Of a DNA stretch of 64,000 nucleotides, positions 36,912 through 62,990 are shown piece after piece (positions within the stretch are counted from its first letter, which is position 1; each line of letters opens with the position of its first letter). The DNA is taken from assembly GCA_951804945.1 (NCBI GenBank), contig OX638149.1, positions 86,056,001-86,120,000 of the forward strand, read 5' to 3'. The position numbers were made by a program, and so were the translations under genes. The notes below the pieces were generated by a model. The model made no database searches and was not told the DNA's origin. It was given only the letters and a program-made list of their open reading frames with translations. The stretch is from Podarcis cretensis (Eukaryota).

Positions 36912-36917
36912 AATAAA
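36912..36917 (+). terminator. CARNS1: Candidate CARNS1 polyadenylation signal
   Basis: First AATAAA I noticed downstream of the stop, with GU-rich gtgttatttg about 30 nt later. Implies a 3' UTR of about 1.9 kb. Confidence 0.45.
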
Positions 36918-39319
36918 ATGCCGTGTAAAAACATCCAGACTGCAGAGGTGTTATTTGCACCTGCCCCAGAGCTCAATACCCAATTGCTTACTGGCTGGTG
37001 AAAGAAAACCTGGCAGAGAATGAAGATCCACTGAGAAGCAAGTGGACTTTGGAGGACTTCACTGGATGGATAAGTCTCTTCACAGCCACCACCACCCTCA
37101 CCTCATGGACCTGTTCACTTCAGGGAGGCTTCCAGATGCTTCTATAAGAAGCTGCTCCCAAAGGGGGTGGGGGGTGGAAATAGCGTTCCAGAGTTTGGCT
37201 GTTCATCATCTTATGTGAAGAACAAAGACTGGCTTCATTCAGCACCCAGACCAGATGTTCTTTTCTGCACTGTTCTGCCCAAGGGTGTTCTCTCCTCTGA
37301 CCTAGGGTGTTTAGAGCAGTTGAACCAGAATTTATCCCCTTCCCCGATTCCTGAAAGGAAAGAGCAGCTCTCCCTTTGTCTTAAGCACTTTGCAGGTTTA
37401 GGCAGAGCTACTCAGTTGAACTGTTCTCTAACCAAAATGACTGAGAGGAGGGGTTTGACATTCTCCAATAAGGAGGGTGAGGTAGGTGTAGCTCTCATTC
37501 TCTTACCTTGGTTCTGCTTTAACCAACCCCTCACCTACAATGACCTGTGAAAAATAGTCTTCTCTGCTGCTTTGGAATGAATACTGATACTTTTCAGGCC
37601 TTGCCATCGGAACCAAAGCTTCATTTGCTGGATCTACCCCACACATTTCCTGCCTTCTCTTCACAAAACAATCTTTGTACTTAACTAAGACCAGCGAGCT
37701 CGTGAATTCTAGATACAAAACGTACCATGAAGAAACCTAAGTACGTGACCGGAATGCAGTAGTCTCATTGAAGAGAGGGAAGGAGAAATGGGAAAAAAGC
37801 TCTGGCAAACTTTCTCAATTTGCATTAACTTCTGCTCATGAAGTAATTCCATAATGTCATGGAATTTGTAATGCTTTGGCAGTGATGTAGCATGAGAAAA
37901 GTGCTTCAGCAGGAATGTGCTGGAGGGTAAAAAGTCCAAAGCTGTAAAATGAAATGGGGTAAGGGGTGCTGTTGGCAGAGGGACAGAGCAGTGGAGAAAG
38001 GGAGAGGAAGTAACTGCCAAGCCACTTCTGTTCAGCCATGGAGAATGCACAAGTCCCAGGCATTTGACATTCTGTAGCCTTAACCATTCTACCAGGGATA
38101 CTGGGAGAGCTCAGAACTCAGGGAGCCCGGTCTTTTGACATCTAATCCATGCTAGTTCTTCCCTCAAAATAAGTGCCAAGGGAAGAAAAACTTGGGGGGG
38201 GGGGAGAGAGAATGTCAAGAGCACATAAAAATATTTTATTGGGCCAGTGCTTTTGTGTTCTCTTGGTTACCAAACACATCAGTGTGCTTTGTAAACGGCT
38301 CTGAATAAGCAGGATGCTGTCAGGCCAGTTAAATCTTGCAGGTTTTTGTGCTGCCTTGAAATGCACTCTCCACTTTTTATCCTCTCTTCCGTTTGAGCCT
38401 TCTATTCTAGTTTTTCAACAGGAGTGCCAGCATGAAGGTCATTTGCTGACCACGTGGGTAGAAACAATGTTCACAATCTTGTGTGTCCTTCAGCATGTGT
38501 AACCCTATACCATAGAGGGCTTTAGCGGCAGAATACGGAGGGCTGATCAAGCTGCATGTTAACCTACATAGATGAAGAATATGAGGAAACTTACATCGGT
38601 CTTTATTAGTTAGGTAACATTTTAATGTATCCCCATGAGAGGATTACCCGTGTTAGAAAAATCCACGCTTCCATTGGCCTTTGAGCTGGGAGCCTACCAA
38701 ACGTCTCAGATCACAATGTAACTTCTATAAATCTCTGGTGAATACCTAGTCTTCCTGCAGAACACTAAGAAGATCACAATGGGTGGCTGGCTAGGAGCCA
38801 CCTCTCTAAAGGCAGGATTTGGCACAGGAGTCTGTAGTTGCTGACTTCTATAAAGCCATATGGCAATAGATGGACTGAGATACCACCAGAATGTTTAGAA
38901 CTGGACAACATATCTGGAGTGCCAAACCAGAAAATGATTTTTATTAAGAAAAGAAGACAACAGCCACAGTGTCTCTATATTAATAAGTCTCAATGCCATA
39001 GTGAAGGACACAACAGAGGGCTTCTAGCATAGTGGAGGAGGTTCTCTACCAATGGTGCGGAGAACCTATCTTTGTAGAAAGATAGCCCACCCAACCTTAC
39101 ATCTAGAACTTATGGGGTCTCGGGTTTCTGCATGTCAGTTGCCCTCATGCTGCTAACCAATTAACTGCAGAATTAAAAACAACACATGCTAGTTAAAGAA
39201 ACCACAGCTTGCTAAAGAGTAAGCAGTTAAACCAGTAAGTCTTACAGCTTTTTAAAAAGCAGAAAGGCCCTTCTCTTAGAAGCTGATGTTTGGACTTCAT
39301 AAAGTGAAGATACAAGGGG

Positions 39320-39640
39320 TATTATTTATACCCCACCCATCTGGCTGGGTTTCCCCAGCCACTCTGGGCAGCTTACAGTGCATATAAAAGCATAGTAAAA
39401 CAGCAAACTTAACAACTTCCTGATACAGGGCTGCCTTCAGATGTATTCCAGAAGTTATGTAGTTCTTTGTCTCCTTGACGTCTGATGGGAGGGCGCCACT
39501 GCCAAGATGGCCCTCTGCCTGGTTCCCTGTAACTTCTCAAAGTGTGGGAGCCGCTAGAAGACCCTCAGAGGAGGACTTCGGTGTCCAGACTGAGCAATGG
39601 GGGTGGAGATGCTCCTTCAGGTATACTGAACCAAGGCTCT
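39320..39640 (-). mobile_element. L2 LINE 3' fragment
   Basis: atttataccccacccatctggctgggtttccccagccactctgggcagct...; a shorter copy lies at about 1465-1506. Confidence 0.65.
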
Positions 39641-40699
39641 TTATTGGATTGATGCAGGGAGAGATGGCTCCAAAGGCATGCCAAGTCTCAGGCCCTGAGG
39701 AGCTTTAAAGGTAAGTCCCATGAATTGGCCCTGGAAGCTAACAGAATGACAGTGCAGAGGCCACAAGACTAACTGAATATGCTAATGCCTCCCAGAGTCC
39801 ATCAGGAGATGAGCAAGAACATATTCCTGCAGCTTCTTGATGATCTTAAATGGAAACACCACAGGCCACATTGTAGTAGTCAAGCTATAAAAGCATGCAT
39901 AAACGTAGGGGAGTACCTCCAAAAAGCAGTCTATGTAACAGTCACCATTGGTAAAAGTTTCCTCTGGCTACCACCAATACTTCCTTATCCAGGAGTTGGA
40001 TCCAGAACTATACCTAGATTACAAATGTATTCAAATCCTGATATCTCCACCACATCCATCATGGACACACTAATCACGTCCACAGCCTAGGTTTACCCCA
40101 CCAGCAATATCTTGTCTGGATCCCTTTGGCTTTGCCCCTCTAGTTCACTCCTTCACAACCTCCAGACACTGGTTGCGTCAGCCTGTCAGTCCTGTCTGTT
40201 TAGCTAGTGATAGAGAATTCCAAGGCTGTCCCAGTGCCTTCATAGATGATGTAGACATTAAGCGGCATTAATAAGAAAAAGTCTTCTGGAACACCCCATG
40301 CCAAAGAGCATCACAAACGACAACTCGTTGAGGGTGGGAAAACAAAAAAGGAAAAATACTGAAAAGCCAGCTCCAAAAAGCTAGCTGTTCTTTCCATCTG
40401 ATCCAAAGTATCAAAAGCCACTGAGAAGGCTAACAAGATCAACCGGGTAATAAAGAGGACTCTTGGAGGGTTGCCAAAACTACTATGGAAAAACCCAACA
40501 GTAAAGAGTCAAGGAAATAAGTTTCATCTCGAAATGTTTAGCTCAGAAGACAGGAGATGAGGGAATGGACTTGATTGTTTTCATAAGTGGCTAAAAAATG
40601 CCATAAAGAAGATTGAGTAAAGTAGTACAAGAAACACACAAAATAGATTACTTCTTCATAGCACACATACTTGAAAACTACTGAATTTGCTGCTAGGAA

Positions 40700-40955
40700 A
40701 TGTACTGACCACTGACTTGCATGGCTTTAAAAGGGGTGTGCACAAATTAATGGAGGATAAGTCTCTCCATGGCTTCTAGCTACAATGGCTGTGTTACTTC
40801 TAGTAGAGGTAGTATGTCTATTAGATGCTGTGGAATACAAGTGGGGAGAGTGCTTTTCTGCTCTCATGTACTATTTGTGGGCATCCGTCAGCCATCCACT
40901 TGGCCACTGTGAGAACAGGATGCTAGGCTAGATGAGTTTTTGGCCTGATCCAGCT
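40700..40955 (+). mobile_element. Old CR1-type 3' end
   Basis: ggctttaaaagggg...atggaggataagtct...ttggccactgtgagaacaggatgctaggctagatg...ggcctgatccagc. Confidence 0.55.
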
Positions 40956-41849
40956 GTACCCCCCACGTTTGTGGGGGCCCATCTATACCTACAAGTCTTA
41001 ACATCTTTGAAAACTCCCAACATCACAGTGCAGCTGTAATCAATGTACTGGTGATAACTGCTGAAGTACATGGGAGATGGTTTTTGAAATTTATAGACTG
41101 CTGGAAGTAATAGAAAGTCATTCCCGCCTCCCACTTGCTGATCATGTAAAGTTTACATATTTTCCCTCCTTTCTGGTTAGGTAAAAATTTTCCAAAAGCG
41201 GCAACAGGCATCAGAATTGATATGGCTGGTGGAATTCCTGCTGCTTATGCTTTACAGATGCACCCATGTGGAAGTTATCTTTCTGCAATACAATTCCACA
41301 CGGTGTGTGAATTTTGCAACCACGTGGTCAGGGCAGATTATGTGGGGCCTTCCCCTGCAATCAGCAAACGACCCAAACTATCTGACTCACCCTCATATTT
41401 GCATAGGTTAATAAAATTGTAGAGTTGGAATGTTTCCCAAGGGTCATCTAGTCCAATTCCCCTGCGATGCAGGAATCTCAGCTTGTAGGTCCAAGCCACG
41501 TGACATTGCATCAGAGAACAGTGGCTTCCATGTGGAATTCAACCAATGTTATGGACGCCTCTTAACATCTATTAGCATCTGTGAAAGCAGGTGACAACCA
41601 ATCTCATCATGTTACACTTCATTTGATGTCATGTTACAGTAAAAAAATATGTCTGATTCTAGTTCATCACCAATGGAGGCTTTGAGCTGCATATATGGGC
41701 TACCAGAAAGCAGCTACAGTAGTTCCTAATTCCACTTCTCTAGCACAATAATTAACTCTTCTCCACAGCAATATGTCAAAATCAAACCTTCTAAGCTTAC
41801 TTGATCTCTAGAGGTAGACAGACCCATTAAAGTCCAGTCTGTCCCAGTA

Positions 41850-42076
41850 CAGTGGTACCTTGGGTTACAGACGCTTCAGGTTACAGACTCCACTAACCCA
41901 GAAATAGTACCTCGGGTTAAGAACTTTGCTTCAGGATGAGAACAGAAATCGTGTGGCGGCGGTGCAGCAGCAGTGGGAGGCCCCCATTAGCTAAAGTGGT
42001 GCTTCAGGTTAAGAACAGTTTCAGGTTAAGAACAGACCTCTGGAACAAATTAAGTTCTTAACCCGAGGTACCACTG
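41850..42076 (-). mobile_element. Tc1/mariner MITE family A (reverse copy)
   Basis: TA-cagtggtacct...gaggtaccactg-TA. Confidence 0.85.
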
Positions 42077-44391
42077 TACTACTTGGGGATGGGTCTAAGT
42101 CCATCCTGTCCTGTTCCCATGCAGATTTTAAAGTGTTTGCACATTGGTAGCCATGTTTCTGCTGTATAATTCACTCAGAGTGAGAGTGGCAAGAAGCCGT
42201 GCTAACCACTCCAGGCTGTAGATGGCTGGAAGACTTCCCTGGGTCTTAAAAAAAATGGGAACAGAGGAAGTACTGTAGCACTCAGACCATCTCATAAAGG
42301 AATCCATTGTAAAGTGGACTCCTGATTCTATCCAAATCTTGATTTTCCCAGATGAGATCCAGTAACTCCAATTTGGAATCTGAATTCTGTGGATTCCTCC
42401 CTGCTAAGAGCTTTCAACTGCACGTCTCTAGTTACACACCCAACTAATAAACTCCACATAGCGCTTAGTTGCAATCTCCTAATCCACAGGCACCATTTTA
42501 ATGCAAACACCAAATTTATCCACTGTTTTTGCAATAGTAGCTTCCAGCTTAAAGTTTTATATACTCGGGAGCTGTTTAGAGCTAAGAGCTACTGCAGTAA
42601 TAATCCTGTCTGTGTACACTCTACATGCTTTGTTTTTTGGAATCATAACCATTGTGGATTAAACCAAAATAGTGGTTTGAAGCCCTACAAAGCCAATGCA
42701 AATCACAGAAAGGCAAGTATTACGTGAAGGATCTTTTAAAGATGAATAACAAGGTTGTGTAACAGAAGGTAGATGTGCTTCCAGGGTATGGTCTGAAAGG
42801 AATATGATACAAAACCTTGTCAAACCTAAGTTGGTTTGGGTCTAGTCAGTACTTTGATGCAGTGTTTGAAACTCCCATTGTTCTAGGCACATTTTGCAAC
42901 AGGGAATTTCATTAGTGCAAAGGTTCTGAGCTCTGGGTGCAGTACTACGCCTAAGATTTCAGATTAAAACTGCAGAGTGGAAGGAAAGGAGGACCTTTTT
43001 GCCTCCCCACTTCCAGCTACTCTGAAGACTGGAGAAGAGACCCTCTTAAGAATATTAGGGGGGTGGGCAGAGGAAGGACTAGAGTAGACCATGTGAAAAA
43101 TGAATGTAATATTTTAACTGCAGTTCGTTCATTTTCAGCTTTGTATTCTTGTTATAAAAAAAGCTCGCCTAGACATTCCATTTTTGCGCCCATAACCTAG
43201 GTTTAAGGTGCCATTTAGCTCCTAGCTTTCATATTTCAGTTTCTAACACTGCTTTGATGGGAGATTGGACAAGAACCCCATGTACATTACACCCTGAACT
43301 CTGGGATGGAAGAAAGGTGGGGGTACAAACATAATATACGTTTAAAAAATTTAATTTAGAATTAGTCATGTTACTAACTCAAACATCGGCATATCCCAAA
43401 TAAGCCATTACTCCTACTCCACAGTGGTCTAATTAGGAAGCCCATATCAGCACAAATGTTTTTGAAAACTGAAGAATAGATTGCTCTAGATTTCTATCCT
43501 AGGAGATTTAATTTACTGCCTTTTTCTAAAAACAAACCAACTCAAGAATGTGTTAAGCGCACTCTTACTAGGCTGCAATCTTAAGCATATTTACAATGCA
43601 ATAGTTTCCACTGAACTCAGATGTATTTGGGTATGTCTAAGGCTGGTAGCTCCTACACAACCATTGCTCTACTATTGTAAGCTGCATGTGCAATTTTGTA
43701 TGCTTGCAATTTTCAGATTTCAGGAGTGCAGCACTCTTTGTCCGTATACATTTTCACTATCTTCCCATTCTGGTGAGCTTGACATGGTCTTGTGTGTGGA
43801 GACAGCAAATTAGAAGTGTTTAATAGCAAATTAGAAGATGAGGTGGGAAAGAAACAGTACTAAAATGCTGCTCAATGGGAGGGGGGACCCCTGGATTTTG
43901 TTTTTAAAAATTGTGTTAAAGTGCTTTTTCATTTTGGTGCTGTGAAATTAAATTATTGTGTAAAAAAATAAGCATGCTGATTAAATGCTGCCCCTGGGAA
44001 AGGCAATGACAAATGTATGTCCAACCAGATGTGTGGTAATAGATTCACAACCACACTTTTTTTAAAAAAAGGTGGAATATTAGGTCCAAGGCAATCTGAG
44101 TTGCATTCAACAAAGCACCGGGGTTTACTTTAAGATTCTTGTCCCACTGAACAAGCAGCCAGTACACTGTTCTCCCCTGAACTTTTTGTAGCTGAAAGAA
44201 CATGAAAGATAGAAGAAGAAAGTAAGAATTAACAGAGAGAGAGAGTAGGGAATAAAAAAAAAACAGAGAAGAAAGGAAACCTAGGAAATCTTGGGAAATG
44301 AAAAAAAGAGTGATGGAGCAAGAAAAATAGAGGTGAATATGAATGATGGAAGAATAAGGGGACCCCTCCCATTATTTTGGGGAAGAGATTA

Positions 44392-44611
44392 CAGTGGTAC
44401 CTTGGTTTACAACCATAACCCATTCCGGAGGTCCGGTTGTAAACCAATACAGGTTGTAACCCAAGGTGTGCTTTCGCCAATTGCCCCCCCCCCCCCCCCG
44501 AAAAAAGGGATTGTAATTTTAAAAAATGGATTGTAATCCTAAAAAAGGGACACACACTTCTGGGTTTGACGTGGTTGTAATCCAAAATGGTTGCAAACCA
44601 AGGTACTACTG
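44392..44611. mobile_element. Tc1/mariner MITE, related family B
   Basis: TA-cagtggtaccttggtttac...gcaaaccaaggtactactg-TA. Confidence 0.75.
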
Positions 44612-44764
44612 TAGCTCACATTCTTGACATATAGTTGGGTTCTGAGACTCCCTTGTCACAGAAAGCAAAACTATGGATCTGAGCCCCCACACTAAGTTAT
44701 AATTTTTGTGGCTAAAAGTTTTCCTGTTATAAATTGTTATCCCTGTAAAATATGTTGAAGATTA

Positions 44765-45508
44765 TGTTTCTGTCTTTACCATTATGATATAGTAAGGGTT
44801 AACAGAGATCTTCACAAAATGGTTGCTCAAAACTAAATGTTTGTTGCCTCTAACACACATATTATTTACAACACTGTCTGGAATAAGGTCCAGGATGCAA
44901 ATGAATTAATATCAAAAGTACCTCTTGGCCTACCTTGTTCAGTCTGCAAAGCCTAGCAATCTGTTGGGCCTTTCAGAGGGTGGCCTCCTCTCAACCTTGG
45001 AGTCGCTCTGAGATGTTGCCTTCTACAGAACAGAACTTTCCAGAAGTCTGGTCCTGTGATATGAGTCTTCTTTTCAACATTTAGTTCTCCAGGTCAGGAG
45101 CAAAGCTCCAGGAATCTGTTATAGTTGAGAAAAGCAAACCAGAGGGTTGGAGAAGGAAGGTCAAGGAGCCAGCACAAAGAGCTGAAAGGAAAGTTGGGGG
45201 CCTGTCCTGTGATTTGTTGAAAAGGCGAGAACTAAATGTGTTTTGGAGGCCTAAGTTTTACTGAAGAGCTGAAGCAGGAAGGAGTCACTTCAAAGCCTGA
45301 GCAGAACTCAGCTATGGCTGCTGGAGACTGCTTTAGGGCCACAGGTACCTGAACACTAAACTGCACCACTTTGCCTTTGTAAAGAGTTTATTGCTGGCTA
45401 GGACAAGCACAAAGTCTCAGGGTGAAATTCTAACATGCACCCCTACCTGTCCGAATAAAAGTTTGATCGTTTGATTTTCTTGTTTGTATTAGCCCTTAAC
45501 CCGGAACA
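44765..45508 (+). mobile_element. Possible solo LTR
   Basis: TGTTTCTG...CCGGAACA ends with AATAAA at about 45454. No convincing TSD was found. Confidence 0.3.
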
Positions 45509-46767
45509 TTATTTTGCACACCACATATCTCTCTAGCTCGATAAAGCACCATGGGAACATTGGATGAACTGTTGTTCCAAGGACTAGGGCCTTGATCCAG
45601 TTCTCTGTACAGGCAGCTCGTCGTATGTTACAACTGATGGGCCTGGATGCAGATGTACATCCTTCTGCACATTTAAAAAACACACACACATATCCACCCA
45701 GTTCAATGATGCTCATATGGTCAAAAACTTCGTGGACATCACAAACAAACCCACACTCCTAAAATGTTGAACATGTAAAACAAACCCTGAGGGCATGCTC
45801 ACATAATTCTGAAATTGTTTCCAGTACATGCAGGAAAAGTATTCTGACAATCAAATATATATTTTGCAAAAGTGTCACACCTGTGAGTGGAAACTAGGCA
45901 GATGGAATGGAAAGATTGAATATCTTCTGTGTTCTTGGTGCTACAGCTTTTCACACCTAAGATTTACCAAGTGTTTATGCAAATAAACAACAGTCAGCAG
46001 ATATGTTAAACATCTTTCATTTCGTCAGCATACCTTGTGATTTGTGCTGCAAGATTTGCTACCCTTGCCAATGCGGGCTATAGCTATGATCTATTAGCAC
46101 ATTAACCTACTGGCAGCATGGTGTCACAACTTGATCTAAGGTGTGTAACAACAGCTATACTACCCCCAAACAAATAAATGGTAGAAAAATTAAGAAGTGG
46201 ATTCTCAAATGCATTCTTGGTTGACCTAAGATGGATTCTGGGTCTGAAAATACTGAAGAGTTCTGGTTCATTTCTGATCCATGTAAACGTAGAGGATAAC
46301 ATAGCAGTTCTTGGAACTATCACAAGAGGCCACTGTTGAACAACCTCACTCCATGGAAGAGAAGGTGGAATTTTTGCAGAGAAATTAAGAGTTGTGCAGA
46401 TAGAAAAATATCAAATGACACACATAGCATAAACTTCTAGTAAAAGCAGAAAGCTGTCACCAGCCATGATTCCCTTATGGGCACCATGGCTTTGCGGTGT
46501 GATTCAGCTAACAACAAAGCCTGCAGGTTTAGCAACAAAGTTAAGGCTATCTTGAACTGGCTCAAACTCCACAAAGCATGAGAACCAGAAGCTAAGGCTG
46601 ATGTCTTCACATACATGCCTCTTGATCACTAGTCAGGTTGTGCAATGACACGTGCTGACTTAAACTTACCCTCCATGCACCCACAGTTCTTGGCCTTTCA
46701 GGCCCAAATCTAGATGAGCATGGAGAGCAAAGATGCCCCAAGTTCTCCTGACCTTAAGGAGCATATA

Positions 46768-47075
46768 GTAAAGGTAAAGGTACCCCTGACTGTTAGGTCG
46801 AGTCGTGGACAACTCTGGGGTTGTGGCGCTCATCTCGCTTTACTGGCTGAGGGAGCCGACGTTTGTCCGCAGACAGCTTCCAGGTCATGTGGCCAGCATA
46901 ACTAAGCCGCTTCTGGCGAACCAGAGTAGCGCACGGAAATGCCATTTACCTTCCCACTGGAGCGGTACCTATTTATCTACTTGAACTTTGATTTGCTTTC
47001 TAACTGCTAGGTTGGCAGGAGCAGGGAGAGAACAATGGGAGCTCACCCCATCACGGGGATTTAAACCTGTGTCCC
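46768..47075 (-). mobile_element. Sauria SINE with internal deletion near the 5' head
   Basis: Homologous to the 10989 copy. Perfect TSD ttaaggagcatata at 46754-46767 and 47076-47089. Confidence 0.88.
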
Positions 47076-47302
47076 TTAAGGAGCATATACGCCTTACTAA
47101 ATACAAGCCTGAGAAGCAAGAAGGGCAGGGTAAGCTGGTTGTGGTCAAGTTTATTATTCTAGATTGGAAGCTGTAACATTCTGAATGAGAGGAAAATGTT
47201 AATTCACTATCATGTTGAGGTTTCCCCGAGCAGGTAAGACGTCTGGGGTGGCTTTAAAACCAAGCCAGATGGGTGGGGTATAAATAATAATTTATTTGTA
47301 TT

Positions 47303-47575
47303 ATCAGTGGCAGGGCATCTGTTTTGCCTCCAGGGCTCAAGTTCAACCTCCAATATCTCCAGTAGGGCTGGGACACACCCCAGGGGTGGTCTGTTTTTAT
47401 TTTTATTATGTATTTTGTGGTTTTATATTTTGATTTTATTCTGTGAACTGCCCTGAGACCCCCAGGTATAGCGCGGTATATAAATTATTTTTAAAAACCC
47501 AAAAACCATGGAGAGGCGCTGCCAGTCGGTGTGCAGAATACTGAGCTAGTTGGACCCAATGGTCTTCTCAGTATA
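47303..47575 (+). mobile_element. Squam3-like SINE interrupted by a LINE-tail insertion (about 47381-47500)
   Basis: The SINE halves flank a tattttgtggtttt...gaactgccctgagacc...gcggtatataaat segment. Confidence 0.55.
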
Positions 47576-47780
47576 AACATTAGGAAGAACTTCCTGACAG
47601 TAAGAGCTGTTTGACAGTGGAATTTGCTGCCAAGGAGTGTGGTGGAGTCTCCTTCTCTGGAGGTCTTTAAGCAGAGGCTTGACAACCATATGTCAGGAGT
47701 GCTCTGATGGTGTTTCCTGCTTGGCAGGGGGTTGGACTCGATGGCCCTTGTGGTCTCTTCCAACTCTATGATTCTATGAT
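47575..47780 (+). mobile_element. CR1 LINE 3' end
   Basis: aacattaggaagaacttcctgacagtaagagctgtt...ccaactctatgattctatgat, with the CR1 octamer tail. Confidence 0.88.
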
Positions 47781-47989
47781 AACGCTGCTTCCCGCGTTGC
47801 CTATGCAACCCGAGATGCTTGGTGGGGTTAAAACAGACTATAGTGCTACAATTGGAGCAACAAACGGAAGAGTTAAGCCCCTTCTGCCAACACACCACAA
47901 ACGGCTGTGTGTGTGTAGAAAGGGGTGCGCGTGCAGGAAGGTGTTGCACTTCTCCCTCTTTATTCACAGTGTAAAATGGAGACGACCAC

Positions 47990-48191
47990 TTCCCCCACAC
48001 CCTTAAAACAGGAAACCGGGAGTGAGGTGCGAGTGCGGCCACTCTTCTCCCGCCTCTCTATGATACGCTCCCGCAGAAAGGGCGGAAGCCTCGGTCCCAT
48101 GACGACGATAACACCCGCGTCGCTGGGGAGATGACGACACTCAGGGAGGCGGGGCCTGGAAGGCCGCGGGGGTAATCGGGGATCCCCTGCT
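47990..48191 (+). promoter_or_regulatory. RPS6KB2: RPS6KB2 CpG-rich TATA-less promoter / 5' UTR
   Basis: CpG-rich, with an ETS-like GGCGGAAG (about 48081), a GC box GGGAGGCGGGGC (about 48144) and TGACG half-sites immediately upstream of the ATG. Confidence 0.65.
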
Positions 48192-61286
<13,095 letters not shown>

Positions 61287-61725
61287 CGGAGGCAGCAGTG
61301 AGATCCTTAGACCGTCCGCCTTGGCAGGGCGGAGCGCTCTGGTTGCCCAGGTGGACGGGGGCTCCGAGGTGGAGAGAGCTGTGCCACAGCAACGTCAAGC
61401 CCTGTTTGGGGAGCACCTTTTCTCCCCTGCTGCAAGGGGCCACCTTCCCTCCCAGCTGCAAAGGGTGGTGTGGTGTTGGTGCTTTTCCGTCATAGGGAAC
61501 GATCCCTACGTGAGGTGCTTTCTTTTGAAATATATAGTGAAACGTGGTGGGAACGGAGGGAAGTTGAGACACACAAAGGATCGGTCAGAAGGCGCCTGCC
61601 TCAGGGCTGAGTACGCTGCCATCTTACTGGTGGTGCATTTTGCGTGAGTGTGAACTGGGGGTAGGGAGGACTTTGCTGTTAGGACATGCAGTCTGGCTCT
61701 CCTCGCTGCTGCCAGACCCGTGGCA

Positions 61726-61731
61726 ATTAAA
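61726..61731 (+). terminator. RPS6KB2: Candidate RPS6KB2 poly(A) signal ATTAAA
   Basis: The only A(A/T)TAAA I noticed between the stop and the convergent PTPRCAP 3' end. Confidence 0.55.
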
Positions 61732-62163
61732 GCTTTAGGACTTGTAAAGCAAGGGGCGCAACTTTGACCAGATGGAAAGGATTGAGCGAATCCTACTGGG
61801 TGGAGTTGCACCCTCTCGCGAGAAACATCTGCACCCGTCTACTTTCCCTAGTGTGCACCAAGTGCCAAAAACTGATGCTGCTCCCTAAGTGGCCGTGGCC
61901 AGGTCAGTCTTTCCCCCGGGCTACTACCTATCTAGCAGTGCCTCTTTCTGTACCCTTGACTGTGAGTGAATCCTAGCGGTCTAGTTGCCGCCCAGACGAT
62001 GGGCTGGTAAGTGGCAAGGATTTAACAGCTTGTTTCTGTGGACTGCTGCCACGATGCCCATGAAGCTTGGCCTTTGCCAAGTAGTGCAGTTATGGTAGGA
62101 GAGAGTCATGCTGTGCTTCAGTCCACAAGGAGACCACTACGGTGTCTCTTATCTCCCCTCTAC

Positions 62164-62169
62164 TTTATT
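62164..62169 (-). terminator. PTPRCAP: Candidate PTPRCAP poly(A) signal AATAAA
   Basis: TTTATT on the + strand, about 210 nt past the PTPRCAP stop. Confidence 0.55.
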
Positions 62170-62381
62170 TGTCATAGGAAACTTTCAAAACAAAATGGAA
62201 ACTCAGGCTGCATTTTTGGTGGGGCAGGCGATTGAGCAAGCTAGGTGCAAACAGGAAGGGGTCAAAAGGCAACACAGGGCAAAAGCAGCTTCTGCTATGT
62301 CCATGGGATGGGGCGGTGAACTGCCTTCAGTCTGTAGCTGTCTTTGCAGAGAGTGCTTCAGTGCCCTCTATCCTGCTGCTT

Positions 62382-62990
62382 CTAGAGGGCAGTGACATGC
62401 AGCTGTTTGCCTGGGTCCTCCCAGGCTGCTGTCCCAGAGAAAGAATGCAGATCACTCAGGAGAGCCCCTGCGCTGCTCTCGGTTGCCTTTGGGTCCCCTT
62501 CTTCCTCCGAGGCCTCCTGCACTGCTTTATCTTCTGCTGGCTCCGGATCGGCCTTCTCCTTGGATGCTTCTTGCTTTTCCTCCTCTTCCTCCTCCTCCTC
62601 CTCGTCTTCTCCTTGGAGGAGCTGCTGCTGCTCCCTCTCATCCCCCACATCAATGGGTTGCTCCTCCCCGGACTCTTCGTCTCCCAGCTTCTCGTCCTGG
62701 TGTCCCTGTAGCGGCTCTCCGGGGAGTTCCCCTCCCCAAAGCCCTTGCCATCGGAGCATCAGGCCCCTCAGCAGGCGCTGGGGGTGGTACCTTCCTCCTG
62801 AATTGCGGCTCAGCCGACGCCACGCCAGGAACAGCAAGAGGAGCAGCAGCAGCAGCAGGCAGACCAGGAAACTCACGACGATGTCATCGCTGCTCTTGCC
62901 GCGGCCGCCACCTCTCTCTGGAGCTGCTCCCATGGCTTTCCCTGGAAACAGCAGGAGCAGGGCAGAGAGCGCGTGGACGAACTGGGGCCT
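62382..62990 (-). CDS. PTPRCAP: CD45-associated protein (LPAP), main coding exon; ATG exon not found in window
   Basis: Minus-strand acceptor tttttctctgtag|AGG at 62990, phase 0. Encodes signal peptide RPQFVHALSALLLLFPG, a Leu-rich TM segment followed by AWRRLSR..GRYHP, an acidic tail, and LLSDLHSFSGTAAW...LHVTAL* (human: LLSDLHAFAGSAAW...LHVTAL). Synteny also fits. Confidence 0.9.
   Translation of the reverse strand, partial: RPQFVHALSALLLLFPGKAMGAAPERGGGRGKSSDDIVVSFLVCLLLLLLLLLFLAWRRLSRNSGGRYHPQRLLRGLMLRWQGLWGGELPGEPLQGHQDEKLGDEESGEEQPIDVGDEREQQQLLQGEDEEEEEEEEEKQEASKEKADPEPAEDKAVQEASEEEGDPKATESSAGALLSDLHSFSGTAAWEDPGKQLHVTAL

Noticed and set aside
38634-38653. GAGGATTACCC resembling the MS2 operator hairpin
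   Set aside because: Only an 11-nt core match with a disrupted lower stem; single copy; compatible with chance.
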